A stretch of 31,885 nt of DNA from a virus: IMG/VR virus record IMGVR_UViG_3300013002_000047, positions 1-31,885 of that record; one strand, given 5' to 3'. How positions within the stretch are numbered: the first letter of the stretch is position 1; every line of letters starts with the position of its first letter. The notes under the pieces are model-generated. The model was not told where the DNA came from. It did not search any database and worked only from the letters and a program-made list of their open reading frames with translations. The position numbers and the translations under genes were made by a program. This document shows positions 1-6,817 of this stretch, piece by piece.

Positions 1-123
1 CATCGTACTTTGCCCAAGCTATCGACATATCATGAGCTTCCTTCATGCTTCCCTTAATGCCTGCCTTATAACTCAGCATGTAATCATCTCTGCGTTTCTG
101 ATTGGCCACTGTGTGCTTCTCAC
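1..123. repeat. Terminal overlap copy A (identical to 31763-31885), indicating circular closure or terminal redundancy
   Basis: Base-by-base comparison: catcgtactttgcccaagc...gtgtgcttctcac occurs at both window ends. Confidence 0.95.
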
Positions 124-187
124 AGAACTTCTCTCCCATTGGTACTCTTACGTTACAACCCTGCCAATTACATCTGTGCATTCTCAT
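1..187 (-). CDS. HNH endonuclease, N-terminal segment (gene wraps the window junction and continues from 31885)
   Basis: Minus-strand ATG at 187 with AAAGGA about 9 nt upstream gives MRMHRCNWQGCNVRVPMGEKFCEKHTV. This is in frame with ORF 31425-31871 through the 123-bp overlap (26 codons upstream of the GTG used by the ORF track). The N-terminus is Cys-rich. Confidence 0.7.
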   Translation of the reverse strand, partial: MRMHRCNWQGCNVRVPMGEKFCEKHTVANQKRRDDYMLSYKAGIKGSMKEAHDMSIAWAKYD

Positions 188-252
188 TGTCTGTGTCCTT
201 TCCTATGGTAAACAAAAACACCCATCGTATCTGACAGGTGTAATGTGTGTAG

Positions 253-381
253 TTATTTACTTATCTTATGGAGTTCTTTCAGTGTAAGCCCTAACTGCTC
301 CATGGATAATCCTATGGGTTGCAATTCCAAGCTCTTCCAATCTGGATGGCTCTTTTGTTCTCTCGTGTTTACCTTAATCAT
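253..381 (-). CDS. hypothetical small protein (42 aa)
   Basis: Below the ORF-track cutoff. ATG at 381 is preceded by GAGGAG and overlaps the stop of the upstream small ORF. Product: MIKVNTREQKSHPDWKSLELQPIGLSMEQLGLTLKELHKISK. Confidence 0.3.
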   Translation of the reverse strand: MIKVNTREQKSHPDWKSLELQPIGLSMEQLGLTLKELHKISK

Positions 382-517
382 CTATCTCTCTCCTCGTGCG
401 CCTCTTATGTTGTTCGTTGATTAGCAGTAGTGCGATGTCGATGTCCTGCTTGACCTGGTTAACTTCAGCAGTTGATTCTTTTACCTTAGCAATCAAATTC
501 TTCAATGTCTTATTCAT
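374..517 (-). CDS. hypothetical small protein (47 aa, coiled-coil-like)
   Basis: ATG at 517 with AGAGGAG upstream, 14 nt after the stop of 531-1373. Product: MNKTLKNLIAKVKESTAEVNQVKQDIDIALLLINEQHKRRTRREIDD. Confidence 0.35.
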   Translation of the reverse strand: MNKTLKNLIAKVKESTAEVNQVKQDIDIALLLINEQHKRRTRREIDD

Positions 518-530
518 ATTGTTTCTCCTC

Positions 531-1373
531 TTATCCTTGATTCTTACTTACAATACGTTCAATTTCTTCAACAAAGTGATAACTGTCTCGGCGTGTCTCT
601 GTGGTATCAAATGCCCTTACCATCTTCCCTGGGTACTTCGTTGCATCAAAGCACTTATCGAAGTATGGGTTATCCAATGCTTCCGTCAACCACTTTTGAA
701 TCCATACACTTGGTGCTCCCTGGTCAATCATCTCAAGGAATTGCTCTGCCTTCTTAACATTCTCAGAACGCATAATCTGAGCATCAGACACCAACAACCT
801 ATCAGCCTTCTCTCGTGCTCGACCTCCATCTGCCAACGTCTTCATAACATTCCGCATATGGTTATCAAACTGACGCTTGGTCATTCCAAGTTGTTCCATA
901 GCTTCAGAGGCACCCAACGTAAGCACAGCTGTGACATATCGTGTTGATGCTTCTCCAAAGATGCTTGGTGCCAGCGCTAGGACCCTGTTGATTTCATCGT
1001 CTGAATATGAGGTCCCTTGTACTGGTGTGACTTCTAGGTTCTCAACGATTGAACGACCATCTGAGTTGGTATCGGGTTGGAATAGCTTCATCGTGGCATT
1101 CTCATAATTAAATGTCTTCCGCTCTAGGTCCTTCCTGGCAAAGACCATATCCCTGTGTTGCTTACCATTCAGCGTTGTCCCGAAGTCTTGCAATGTGTGA
1201 TAGCGGTGTTCCAACAGTTCGATAAGCAATTCTTGCCTTGCGTCCATAAGGCTGATGTGAAGCTTGGATGCTAATACACCGGCTGTCTTGATAAATGTTG
1301 GGTCTGAAGTAATCATGTTAATTTGTTGTTCTGACATCTTGTTGTTGTTGTTGTTTTCCATCGTTATATCCAT
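531..1373 (-). CDS. hypothetical protein (possible HTH/sigma-like regulator)
   Basis: 280-aa ORF, the last large early gene before the HNH/terminase genes. The segment GASEAMEQLGMTKRQFDNHMRNVMKTL resembles a sigma-70 region-4-type helix-turn-helix. The start is ambiguous (1373 or 1361). Confidence 0.55.
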   Translation of the reverse strand: MDITMENNNNNKMSEQQINMITSDPTFIKTAGVLASKLHISLMDARQELLIELLEHRYHTLQDFGTTLNGKQHRDMVFARKDLERKTFNYENATMKLFQPDTNSDGRSIVENLEVTPVQGTSYSDDEINRVLALAPSIFGEASTRYVTAVLTLGASEAMEQLGMTKRQFDNHMRNVMKTLADGGRAREKADRLLVSDAQIMRSENVKKAEQFLEMIDQGAPSVWIQKWLTEALDNPYFDKCFDATKYPGKMVRAFDTTETRRDSYHFVEEIERIVSKNQG

Positions 1374-1473
1374 CTCTTTCTTTCTGTATCCCCTATGGGA
1401 GTTCTGTGTTATGTATCGGTTGCCACCTCTCTGTATTTGCGGTGGTCATCTCACGTCTCTGTCTCTGTCTGCT

Positions 1474-1578
1474 TTACTTAAACATGTTTCTTAACAACAT
1501 CACTGTCGCCACTATCATGGTCAGCCCTAAGCCGATTTCTATGCCAATCAGGATAACCAGTAACCACTCCATTAACAT
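1474..1578 (-). CDS. hypothetical 34-aa membrane peptide
   Basis: ATG at 1578 with GGGAGG 9 nt upstream, directly after the stop of 1581-2402. Product MLMEWLLVILIGIEIGLGLTMIVATVMLLRNMFK has one hydrophobic helix. Confidence 0.35.
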   Translation of the reverse strand: MLMEWLLVILIGIEIGLGLTMIVATVMLLRNMFK

Positions 1579-1580
1579 GT

Positions 1581-2402
1581 TTACTTACCTCCCTTAGGGT
1601 TTGAATGCTTTACAGGTACAACATACAAATTCGTTGCCTGCCATGGGTTATAAATCTCAGCGTCCTTCATCAGCGTCTTGTACTTGCTGTCAGGGGTTAC
1701 CAGGAAGTTCTGAGCAACCAGTGCTGATAGGCTGTATGTCTTTCCTCGGTGAGTCAGATTAATGTTGGTTGGGTACTTTGGATTTGCCACAGACATCTTA
1801 GCGGGTACCAATTGGCCATACTTCTTCTCCTTAAAGACATTTGCTTGAGCGTCAATGTATAGCCCTGGGATAACTCCCTGTCCTGGCAACACAACTGGAA
1901 TCGGTGCATTCTTAGAAGCTTCGATACGCTCTGTGAGGTATTCCTGGTTATCAATCCATTCCTGGTTATCTGCACCTGAGAAATATCGAAGCACATTTGC
2001 TGAATTGCTTAGTAATGTCAGGTTATTGGAGTGGTTGTTACTTGGGTCCTGGTCAATGTGGTGGATTGATGTCTGATTTGCTTTGGATGACCAAAGTTGC
2101 TTGAAGCCATAGGCCACCAAGCGATGTACCCCTGCGTTTGCATAATGCTTTCCTGCATACGTTAGGGAGACCTCGTGGTAACCTCGGAAGATAACCTGGT
2201 GTGGCTTATGACGGCCATTTAGGTCCATGATGTATCCACCGTCAACCACCCTAAGTGGCGTCTTTAGCACGCCTTCTGGAGTAACGAATAGGGTGGCCGA
2301 TGTGATTTCATGTCCGAAGACCTCTGTGGTTACGATAGGGTTCATAAACTTGCTGAACTGTGTGGTTGCTGATTGAGTTAGGTAAGTTGTTGTGTTTGTC
2401 AT
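1581..2402 (-). CDS. free-standing HNH (HNH_3-type) homing-like endonuclease
   Basis: 273-aa ORF. VHRLVAYGF...IHHIDQDPSNNHSNNLTLLSNSAN matches the His-Asn-Asn motif of phage homing HNH nucleases. Confidence 0.8.
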   Translation of the reverse strand: MTNTTTYLTQSATTQFSKFMNPIVTTEVFGHEITSATLFVTPEGVLKTPLRVVDGGYIMDLNGRHKPHQVIFRGYHEVSLTYAGKHYANAGVHRLVAYGFKQLWSSKANQTSIHHIDQDPSNNHSNNLTLLSNSANVLRYFSGADNQEWIDNQEYLTERIEASKNAPIPVVLPGQGVIPGLYIDAQANVFKEKKYGQLVPAKMSVANPKYPTNINLTHRGKTYSLSALVAQNFLVTPDSKYKTLMKDAEIYNPWQATNLYVVPVKHSNPKGGK

Positions 2403-2496
2403 GTTAAATTTCCTGCTTTCTTTTCCTGTGTTTTTGTGTTAAGGTTTATATTTGGGATACTGTCGAATTTCCCTATGTCGTTAAAAAAATAAATGA

Positions 2497-2658
2497 TTAC
2501 TTACGGTTGTACTTTTGTTCGATTTGCCACAGTTCATAGCTGTGATAGATTGATAATCCAACGTATGTCAGGATAAGCCCTGTTGCTAGAGCTGGTTGAT
2601 GGATAAACCATAGCCAGGCAAACTCTGCTCCGATGATGAAACTAATTGCTTTGTCCAT
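2497..2658 (-). CDS. hypothetical 53-aa membrane protein
   Basis: Below the ORF-track cutoff. ATG at 2658 with GAGGGGG upstream, 15 nt after the stop of 2674-3006. Product: MDKAISFIIGAEFAWLWFIHQPALATGLILTYVGLSIYHSYELWQIEQKYNRK. Confidence 0.45.
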   Translation of the reverse strand: MDKAISFIIGAEFAWLWFIHQPALATGLILTYVGLSIYHSYELWQIEQKYNRK

Positions 2659-2673
2659 TATGTGTTCCCCCTC

Positions 2674-3006
2674 TTAATACCTTGGTACCGTAACCAACTG
2701 TACATCGATTTGAATCTTCCATTGCGCATCATCTTGCTTTCCTTTGAACATCTTCAAATCACCCTCAAGCAAGACTGGGATGCCATTCAATTGGGCCTCC
2801 TTTAAGACATCAGCGTTACCAAAGTCGCTGAACTCGATGATGACCTTACCTCTGTTACCTACGCCCTCGATTGAGCCAAGACTCATCGTTTGTCCTGAAG
2901 CGGTTGGAAACTGGGTAAGTTGCTGAATCATGCCTGAGATGGCTACTTGGTTGACCTGACTAGAGGCCGTGAAGTTCTTTGCTGTTTCTGATTGTTCTTG
3001 AATCAT
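2674..3006 (-). CDS. hypothetical protein (110 aa)
   Basis: ORF-track ORF with GAAGGA upstream of the ATG. I recognise no motif. Confidence 0.6.
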   Translation of the reverse strand: MIQEQSETAKNFTASSQVNQVAISGMIQQLTQFPTASGQTMSLGSIEGVGNRGKVIIEFSDFGNADVLKEAQLNGIPVLLEGDLKMFKGKQDDAQWKIQIDVQLVTVPRY

Positions 3007-3169
3007 GTTATATCCTTCTTTCTATGTGCGATAAGGTAAACTATATGCCTTTGTTATTTAACCAGACGTTCTTAATATGCAGTCAATATTTAAAAAGTAT
3101 TTATTTTGAACGCTTTTGATGAAATTGTATAATAAGTTGCCTCATATCGCTGTCTTATGTATGAGTCTC

Positions 3170-4795
3170 TCACGGTTTGTTTATATATAGGCCTAAGGCC
3201 TTTTTGACTGTAACTTGCGTCATGTTGTATTGTGCCTTGAACTTACGTTGGCTCAGCGTCTGTACGTCATTCTTAAGTTGCTCACGTTGCTCTTCTGATA
3301 GTGAGTTAATCATGAGCTGGACCTTACCACGGCCAACCCTTTTAGAACCATTCTCAGAGTTGATTGATTGGATATAAGGCTTGTAAAACAGGTCCTTGTA
3401 ATTTGGTAAGAATCCCAACTTCAAAGCTCTTCCAACTGGATATTTAGCAAATGCCCTGCGTAGTTGGTCTTCTGTGTACATCGCTGATGTGACATTATAA
3501 TCCTCAAGCACACGTTCATCTTCTGCCGGTAATTCAATCGTTCCAAAGATGTCCCCAAACAATCCGTAGACCTCTTCAAACGTCTTCTCTTCACGGAGCT
3601 CTAACATACGGTTGAATAATTCCTTTACAGCCATCTCTGACTTAAGGTGCATCTTAGCTTCACGCATCGAGGCTGGACGATTTAATAGCATCTTGCGGAA
3701 CTCATCCTTGTTACCTACCAGTTGCGCTAGAGCTGTGCCACGCGACATTGCGACGTATAGGTTATTATTTGTGTAATAAGATGTTGCCTTTTTACTGATT
3801 GGTTCATTTCCCAAGAACACCAACACAGAACCCTTATAAGTTGCCCCTTGCACTGTATGAGGCACTGCATATGCTGATAATTCAAGCTTCTTTAAATCAA
3901 TCCCCTTATCAAGCTCCTTAACAAACGGGAATACCTTCTTCAAAGATTCATAATCTCGATTTTCTGGATTAAGCCAAACCTTGCTATCGTCTCGAACAAA
4001 TGGGAAGTAGCCTAACGCATCGTCTCCAAACTCACCTAGGATAATGTCATTCAATACTTGTCCACGCTTGTGTGATAAAGCAACCATCAAACGATTGTTC
4101 TTAACAGCATCGATAACAACATCATGGTACACAACCCCTTCTGGCTCATCTGATTGAATATCAATGGCCTTATCGATAACTGTGTTGATGTATTCATCAT
4201 CATATCCGTTAGAGAATCCTTGTGATGCCAATCGGTAATTCTTGTTAAGAATCGTTAACGGGATTTGGGTGTCTTCAAGGTACCAAGACTTTGGAGCTGT
4301 CAAGAACTCAAAGTCAACGTTCTGGTAAGCTTCCGCTGTCCAATCCCATACAGGCTGGTCAACGGTTGCTGATAGAAGCAACTCAAGCACTGAGTGTCCG
4401 GCTGGGACGTTTAATTGCTTCAAATCCCCGACCAAAGTGATTACAGCTCCTTGAACGTGCTGTGAGCGATACATCAATGACGTAAAGTGTGTATCTGGGA
4501 ATTGAGAAGCTTCTTCGATGTAAATCCGGTCATAGGCTTCCGTGTATCCATACATAACCTTGATACGCTTGTACTTCAATTCCTTAAGAGCATTCAAGCG
4601 TTCTTCCGATGACTCAATACCCATAGCTGTATCAATCGTTGCCCTTAACGATTCTCTACTTCCGTGCGTCGGTGTTATGGCAATCACTTGGTGTCCCATC
4701 AACATATCGTCTACTGCCATTTGTACAAGCTTCGTGCTCTTTGCTGTTCCAGGTTGACCCAAGATGGCCCTAATCTTATTACTGTTTAAATTCAT
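3170..4795 (-). CDS. superfamily 1 helicase (RecD/viral-helicase-like P-loop NTPase)
   Basis: 541 aa. Walker A GQPGTAKST; Walker B IYIEEASQ; motif III LVGDLKQL; motif IV NKNYRLA; motif V TVQGATYKGSVLVF; motif VI LYVAMSRGT. Confidence 0.8.
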   Translation of the reverse strand: MNLNSNKIRAILGQPGTAKSTKLVQMAVDDMLMGHQVIAITPTHGSRESLRATIDTAMGIESSEERLNALKELKYKRIKVMYGYTEAYDRIYIEEASQFPDTHFTSLMYRSQHVQGAVITLVGDLKQLNVPAGHSVLELLLSATVDQPVWDWTAEAYQNVDFEFLTAPKSWYLEDTQIPLTILNKNYRLASQGFSNGYDDEYINTVIDKAIDIQSDEPEGVVYHDVVIDAVKNNRLMVALSHKRGQVLNDIILGEFGDDALGYFPFVRDDSKVWLNPENRDYESLKKVFPFVKELDKGIDLKKLELSAYAVPHTVQGATYKGSVLVFLGNEPISKKATSYYTNNNLYVAMSRGTALAQLVGNKDEFRKMLLNRPASMREAKMHLKSEMAVKELFNRMLELREEKTFEEVYGLFGDIFGTIELPAEDERVLEDYNVTSAMYTEDQLRRAFAKYPVGRALKLGFLPNYKDLFYKPYIQSINSENGSKRVGRGKVQLMINSLSEEQREQLKNDVQTLSQRKFKAQYNMTQVTVKKALGLYINKP

Positions 4796-4926
4796 CTTTA
4801 TTTCCTTCTCTTTCTGATTTCTGATTTGGGCTTATCACCCTCTACATATATAGTTCATTGCTCTTAGTTTATAGTCACGTTTTATGTTACGAGTTTGTTA
4901 CAAATCGAGACACGTATCTCCTCATC

Positions 4927-4935
4927 TGTTATAAT
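4927..4935 (+). promoter_or_regulatory. candidate extended -10 promoter (TGTTATAAT) facing the helicase promoter
   Basis: TGnTATAAT match; GAGACA lies 17 nt upstream. Would transcribe rightward into the AT-rich tract. Confidence 0.3.
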
Positions 4936-4970
4936 TGAAGAGACAAACTCTAAATTCCTTTGTTAATACA

Positions 4971-4979
4971 ATTATACCA
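4971..4979 (-). promoter_or_regulatory. candidate extended -10 promoter (TGGTATAAT) for the helicase operon
   Basis: The reverse complement of attatacca is TGGTATAAT, about 170 nt upstream of the helicase ATG. The -35 is weak. Confidence 0.35.
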
Positions 4980-5039
4980 CGTTCCTTTCTTTGGATGTGA
5001 GAACCTCAATCTTATGACTTGACATTCTGATTGAAGTGT

Positions 5040-5160
5040 GATTTTTATTACTACACTTATTAATTTACCTATAACTTTTTAAAAAGTGCCATTTTGGCCC
5101 TATTTCGTCTAACCAATAATTGATTTGAAGTTAAATTTTATATAATTTCTTGTAAACCCT
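5040..5160. other. AT-rich tract (candidate DNA-unwinding element / origin flank)
   Basis: Hand counts of the two 60-nt lines 5041-5100 and 5101-5160 give 15/60 and 12/60 G+C. No ORF. Lies upstream of the helicase gene. Confidence 0.35.
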
Positions 5161-5245
5161 TGATACATAAGTTTTCTTGGGTGTTTTGGCATTCCAACAC
5201 AGGGTAATTCCAAGATTCTTAAGTGATAATTTAACGACTTGTCTT

Positions 5246-5270
5246 ATAAGGGGACATACCTTATTTTTAT
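5246..5270 (+). terminator. weak plus-strand intrinsic terminator
   Basis: ATAAGG ggacata CCTTAT followed by TTTTAT. Confidence 0.3.
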
Positions 5271-5457
5271 CACTTTTCCGTAAGTTATCTTCATAAGTCC
5301 TTCCCAAAGAACAATCATCATACCCATAGCTGAATAAGGTTTAATTCTGAAGAAGCGGTTTTCTTCTGAAGGATTATAAGCTTATTACAGGACCTCTGGG
5401 GTCTATCCCAGTTTGGGTGAAGACAACTTGTTGTCGAGGGCTGAATAAGCCCTGTAC

Positions 5458-5747
5458 CTTAGGTTAACTGAAGCAACTTAGGGTATTCCCAAAGTATTCC
5501 CTATGATACAGGGCAATGTTGCCCTCTCTCCAGTCGCAAAGCTCCTTACGATTCACCTCCAATTCTTTCTGATAAAGAAGCAATCCATTGATAATCCCTT
5601 GTTCATCAGGAAGAAAAAACCACTTCCTTTCAGAACAATTTCTTATCATGCTACCAACTTAGGGTCTTTTTTCAGCTTTATTACTTAAGGAAGTACACAG
5701 GGTTAACCTAAGTCCCTCAAACAGCCTAAGCCACTTATCCCCCTAAG
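5458..5747. repeat. Cluster of six CTTAGG/CCTAAG hexamers (three forward, three reverse) around a central CTTAAG palindrome
   Basis: CTTAGG at 5458, 5477 and 5658. CTTAAG at 5684. CCTAAG at 5707, 5725 and 5742 (17-18 bp spacing). A variant lies at 5819. The chance expectation for this span is far below one. Confidence 0.85.
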
Positions 5748-5770
5748 TCATTCCCCCATCGTTAGAATGC

Positions 5771-5834
5771 CAAAAACCCCCTAGCAAACCAGCCGAGGAA
5801 TCCACCAAGGTCAAGAATGCTAAGGGGTCTTTTT
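5771..5834. terminator. hairpin flanked by an A-run and a T-run (possible bidirectional terminator)
   Basis: CCCCCTAGC (5777-5785) pairs with GCTAAGGGG (5819-5827) with one mismatch. It is preceded by caaaaa and followed by tcttttt. Confidence 0.4.
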
Positions 5835-5843
5835 GTGCACCAA

Positions 5844-5957
5844 TCCTATCAGGCGTATGTCAGGAATGCCAATCTCCTATGTTCCCCACTTACGGGGACG
5901 CTCAATGCTCAGTTGCTTATGGTACGCCTCCTATCACAGCCACTGAGTATCCTATCA
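5844..5957. repeat. TCCTATCA iterons (three exact copies plus one TCCTATGT variant)
   Basis: Copies at 5844, 5929 and 5950 (exact) and 5875 (variant). Spacings are 31, 54 and 21 bp, close to integral helical turns. Confidence 0.8.
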
Positions 5958-6027
5958 TGGGCATTTTGCCCAGCTTATGTGGCTTATGGGCGGTCACCTA
6001 ACGGAGCGTTATATTTTACCGATTGAA

Positions 6028-6043
6028 AATAACACAAATGTTA
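6028..6043. promoter_or_regulatory. operator-like site AATAACACAAATGTTA (palindromic core TAACA-N4-TGTTA), copy 1
   Basis: Exact 16-mer also at 6690-6705. Extra TAACA/TGTTA half-sites at 6079, 6096 and 6110. Confidence 0.55.
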
Positions 6044-6065
6044 CTGTTAACGCCTGATATATCAA
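6038..6065 (-). promoter_or_regulatory. candidate minus-strand promoter TTGATA-N16-TAACAT overlapping operator copy 1
   Basis: -35 is the reverse complement of 6060-6065; -10 is the reverse complement of 6038-6043. Would transcribe into the GC-richer ORF-free block. Confidence 0.4.
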
Positions 6066-6181
6066 GCTTTCTCATGAATAACAATACGGAATTTTTGTTA
6101 ATATTTTTGTAACAATAGGTCTCCGTTCAATGTTTCCGGTACATCCAGGTGTCAAGCCCTAGTTTTTAGGGAATTATCCCC

Positions 6182-6210
6182 TTGAAAACAAAATGAAAGC
6201 TTGTCATAAT
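6182..6210 (+). promoter_or_regulatory. plus-strand promoter TTGAAA-N17-CATAAT with TG extension
   Basis: TTGAAA at 6182-6187; TGt-CATAAT at 6202-6210. Lies 70 nt upstream of a plus-strand ATG that has an RBS. Confidence 0.5.
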
Positions 6211-6280
6211 AAGGTTTGTCAGATTAATCAGCAAGCTTCTGGTGAATGCACGTCCTGTCTTCAAGAAAGGATGTTAATTT

Positions 6281-6319
6281 ATGGCAAAACAAAAACAAAA
6301 AGGCGTTAAGTTACCCTAG
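6281..6319 (+). CDS. 12-aa Lys-rich leader ORF (MAKQKQKGVKLP)
   Basis: GAAAGGA lies 9 nt upstream of the ATG. Ends in TAG TGA. The stop overlaps the GTG of the next ORF. Confidence 0.3.
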   Translation: MAKQKQKGVKLP

Positions 6320-6489
6320 TGATTATCGCCATAATAGTGTTTATGATTCATCGAGTTGAAGAATTATCTAGGCTCGTGAGTTTAATTCCAGCACCATATC
6401 GAGATGCTTGGGTTCAGGAAGCGTTTAATTACGCATCCCGTTACCTACCATCTGAATTTGTGGCCTGGTGGTACAGAATACACAAGTAG
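6319..6489 (+). CDS. hypothetical 56-aa membrane protein, possibly translationally coupled to the leader ORF
   Basis: The GTG at 6319 overlaps the TAG of the leader (uaGUG). Product: VIIAIIVFMIHRVEELSRLVSLIPAPYRDAWVQEAFNYASRYLPSEFVAWWYRIHK. It has no RBS of its own. Confidence 0.35.
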   Translation: MIIAIIVFMIHRVEELSRLVSLIPAPYRDAWVQEAFNYASRYLPSEFVAWWYRIHK

Positions 6490-6512
6490 ACTGTGCAACT
6501 GCCATATGCAGA

Positions 6513-6560
6513 CAAAAAAATACACCCAGGATATAAACTTGGCCGTTTATCCTTAGGTGT
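6513..6560 (-). terminator. minus-strand intrinsic terminator ending the 10142-6818 operon
   Basis: On the minus strand: ACACCTAAGGATA...TATCCTGGGTGT followed by ATTTTTTTGT. Confidence 0.6.
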
Positions 6561-6638
6561 CATATGTTATGCACGTGGCATTTATCTATATTTTTAAGTG
6601 TTATAAGACGTGTATATCGCCAGAATTAATTCTGACTT

Positions 6639-6676
6639 GAACCCTAGGAATTGCAGTTCTTAGGGTTCTTATTTTT
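6639..6676 (+). terminator. plus-strand intrinsic terminator of the small plus-strand cassette
   Basis: GAACCCTAGGAA ttgcag TTCTTAGGGTTC (one mismatch) followed by ttattttt. Confidence 0.65.
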
Positions 6677-6689
6677 CTTATGCATTAAT

Positions 6690-6705
6690 AATAACACAAA
6701 TGTTA
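6690..6705. promoter_or_regulatory. operator-like site AATAACACAAATGTTA, copy 2
   Basis: Exact repeat of 6028-6043, directly after the plus-strand terminator. Confidence 0.55.
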
Positions 6706-6817
6706 TATCATACAACAGACTTTGAAAGATTATGACACTTTACAATAGATTACTGCTTGTTGATGGCCTCTACGATACTTTGTGTAGCATCAGCAGTTTC
6801 TCCATCCTCAGTTTCAC

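Noticed and set aside
200-240. Terminator between the small ORF at 253-381 and the HNH start
   Set aside because: The stem is only 5 bp (ACACC/GGTGT) with an interrupted T-tract, which is too weak to call.
396-947. 183-aa plus-strand ORF
   Set aside because: It is antisense to the 531-1373 CDS and to the small minus-strand ORFs. It is Cys/Leu-rich with no RBS, and it starts at a non-ATG codon.
5464-5649. 61-aa minus-strand ORF, and plus-strand ORFs 5503-5688 and 5817-6026, in the 2-kb gap
   Set aside because: None has a Shine-Dalgarno sequence at a sensible distance. They overlap each other on opposite strands and sit inside the repeat-rich region, so I treat them as non-coding. The 61-aa minus-strand ORF is the least implausible.
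6281-6489. Amber read-through or a programmed frameshift joining the 12-codon leader to the 56-codon ORF
   Set aside because: The leader ends in two consecutive stops (TAG TGA). The downstream ORF is in the -1 frame, and no slippery heptamer lies in the 8-nt window where both frames are open. TAG is also used as a genuine stop elsewhere (G chaperone, toxin). Reinitiation coupling is the simpler reading.
4796-6817. tRNA genes or a tmRNA in the ORF-free blocks (also 10143-11859)
   Set aside because: I found no GTTCGAATC-type T-arm or cloverleaf by eye on either strand. This is a visual scan only, and tRNAscan-SE should confirm it.
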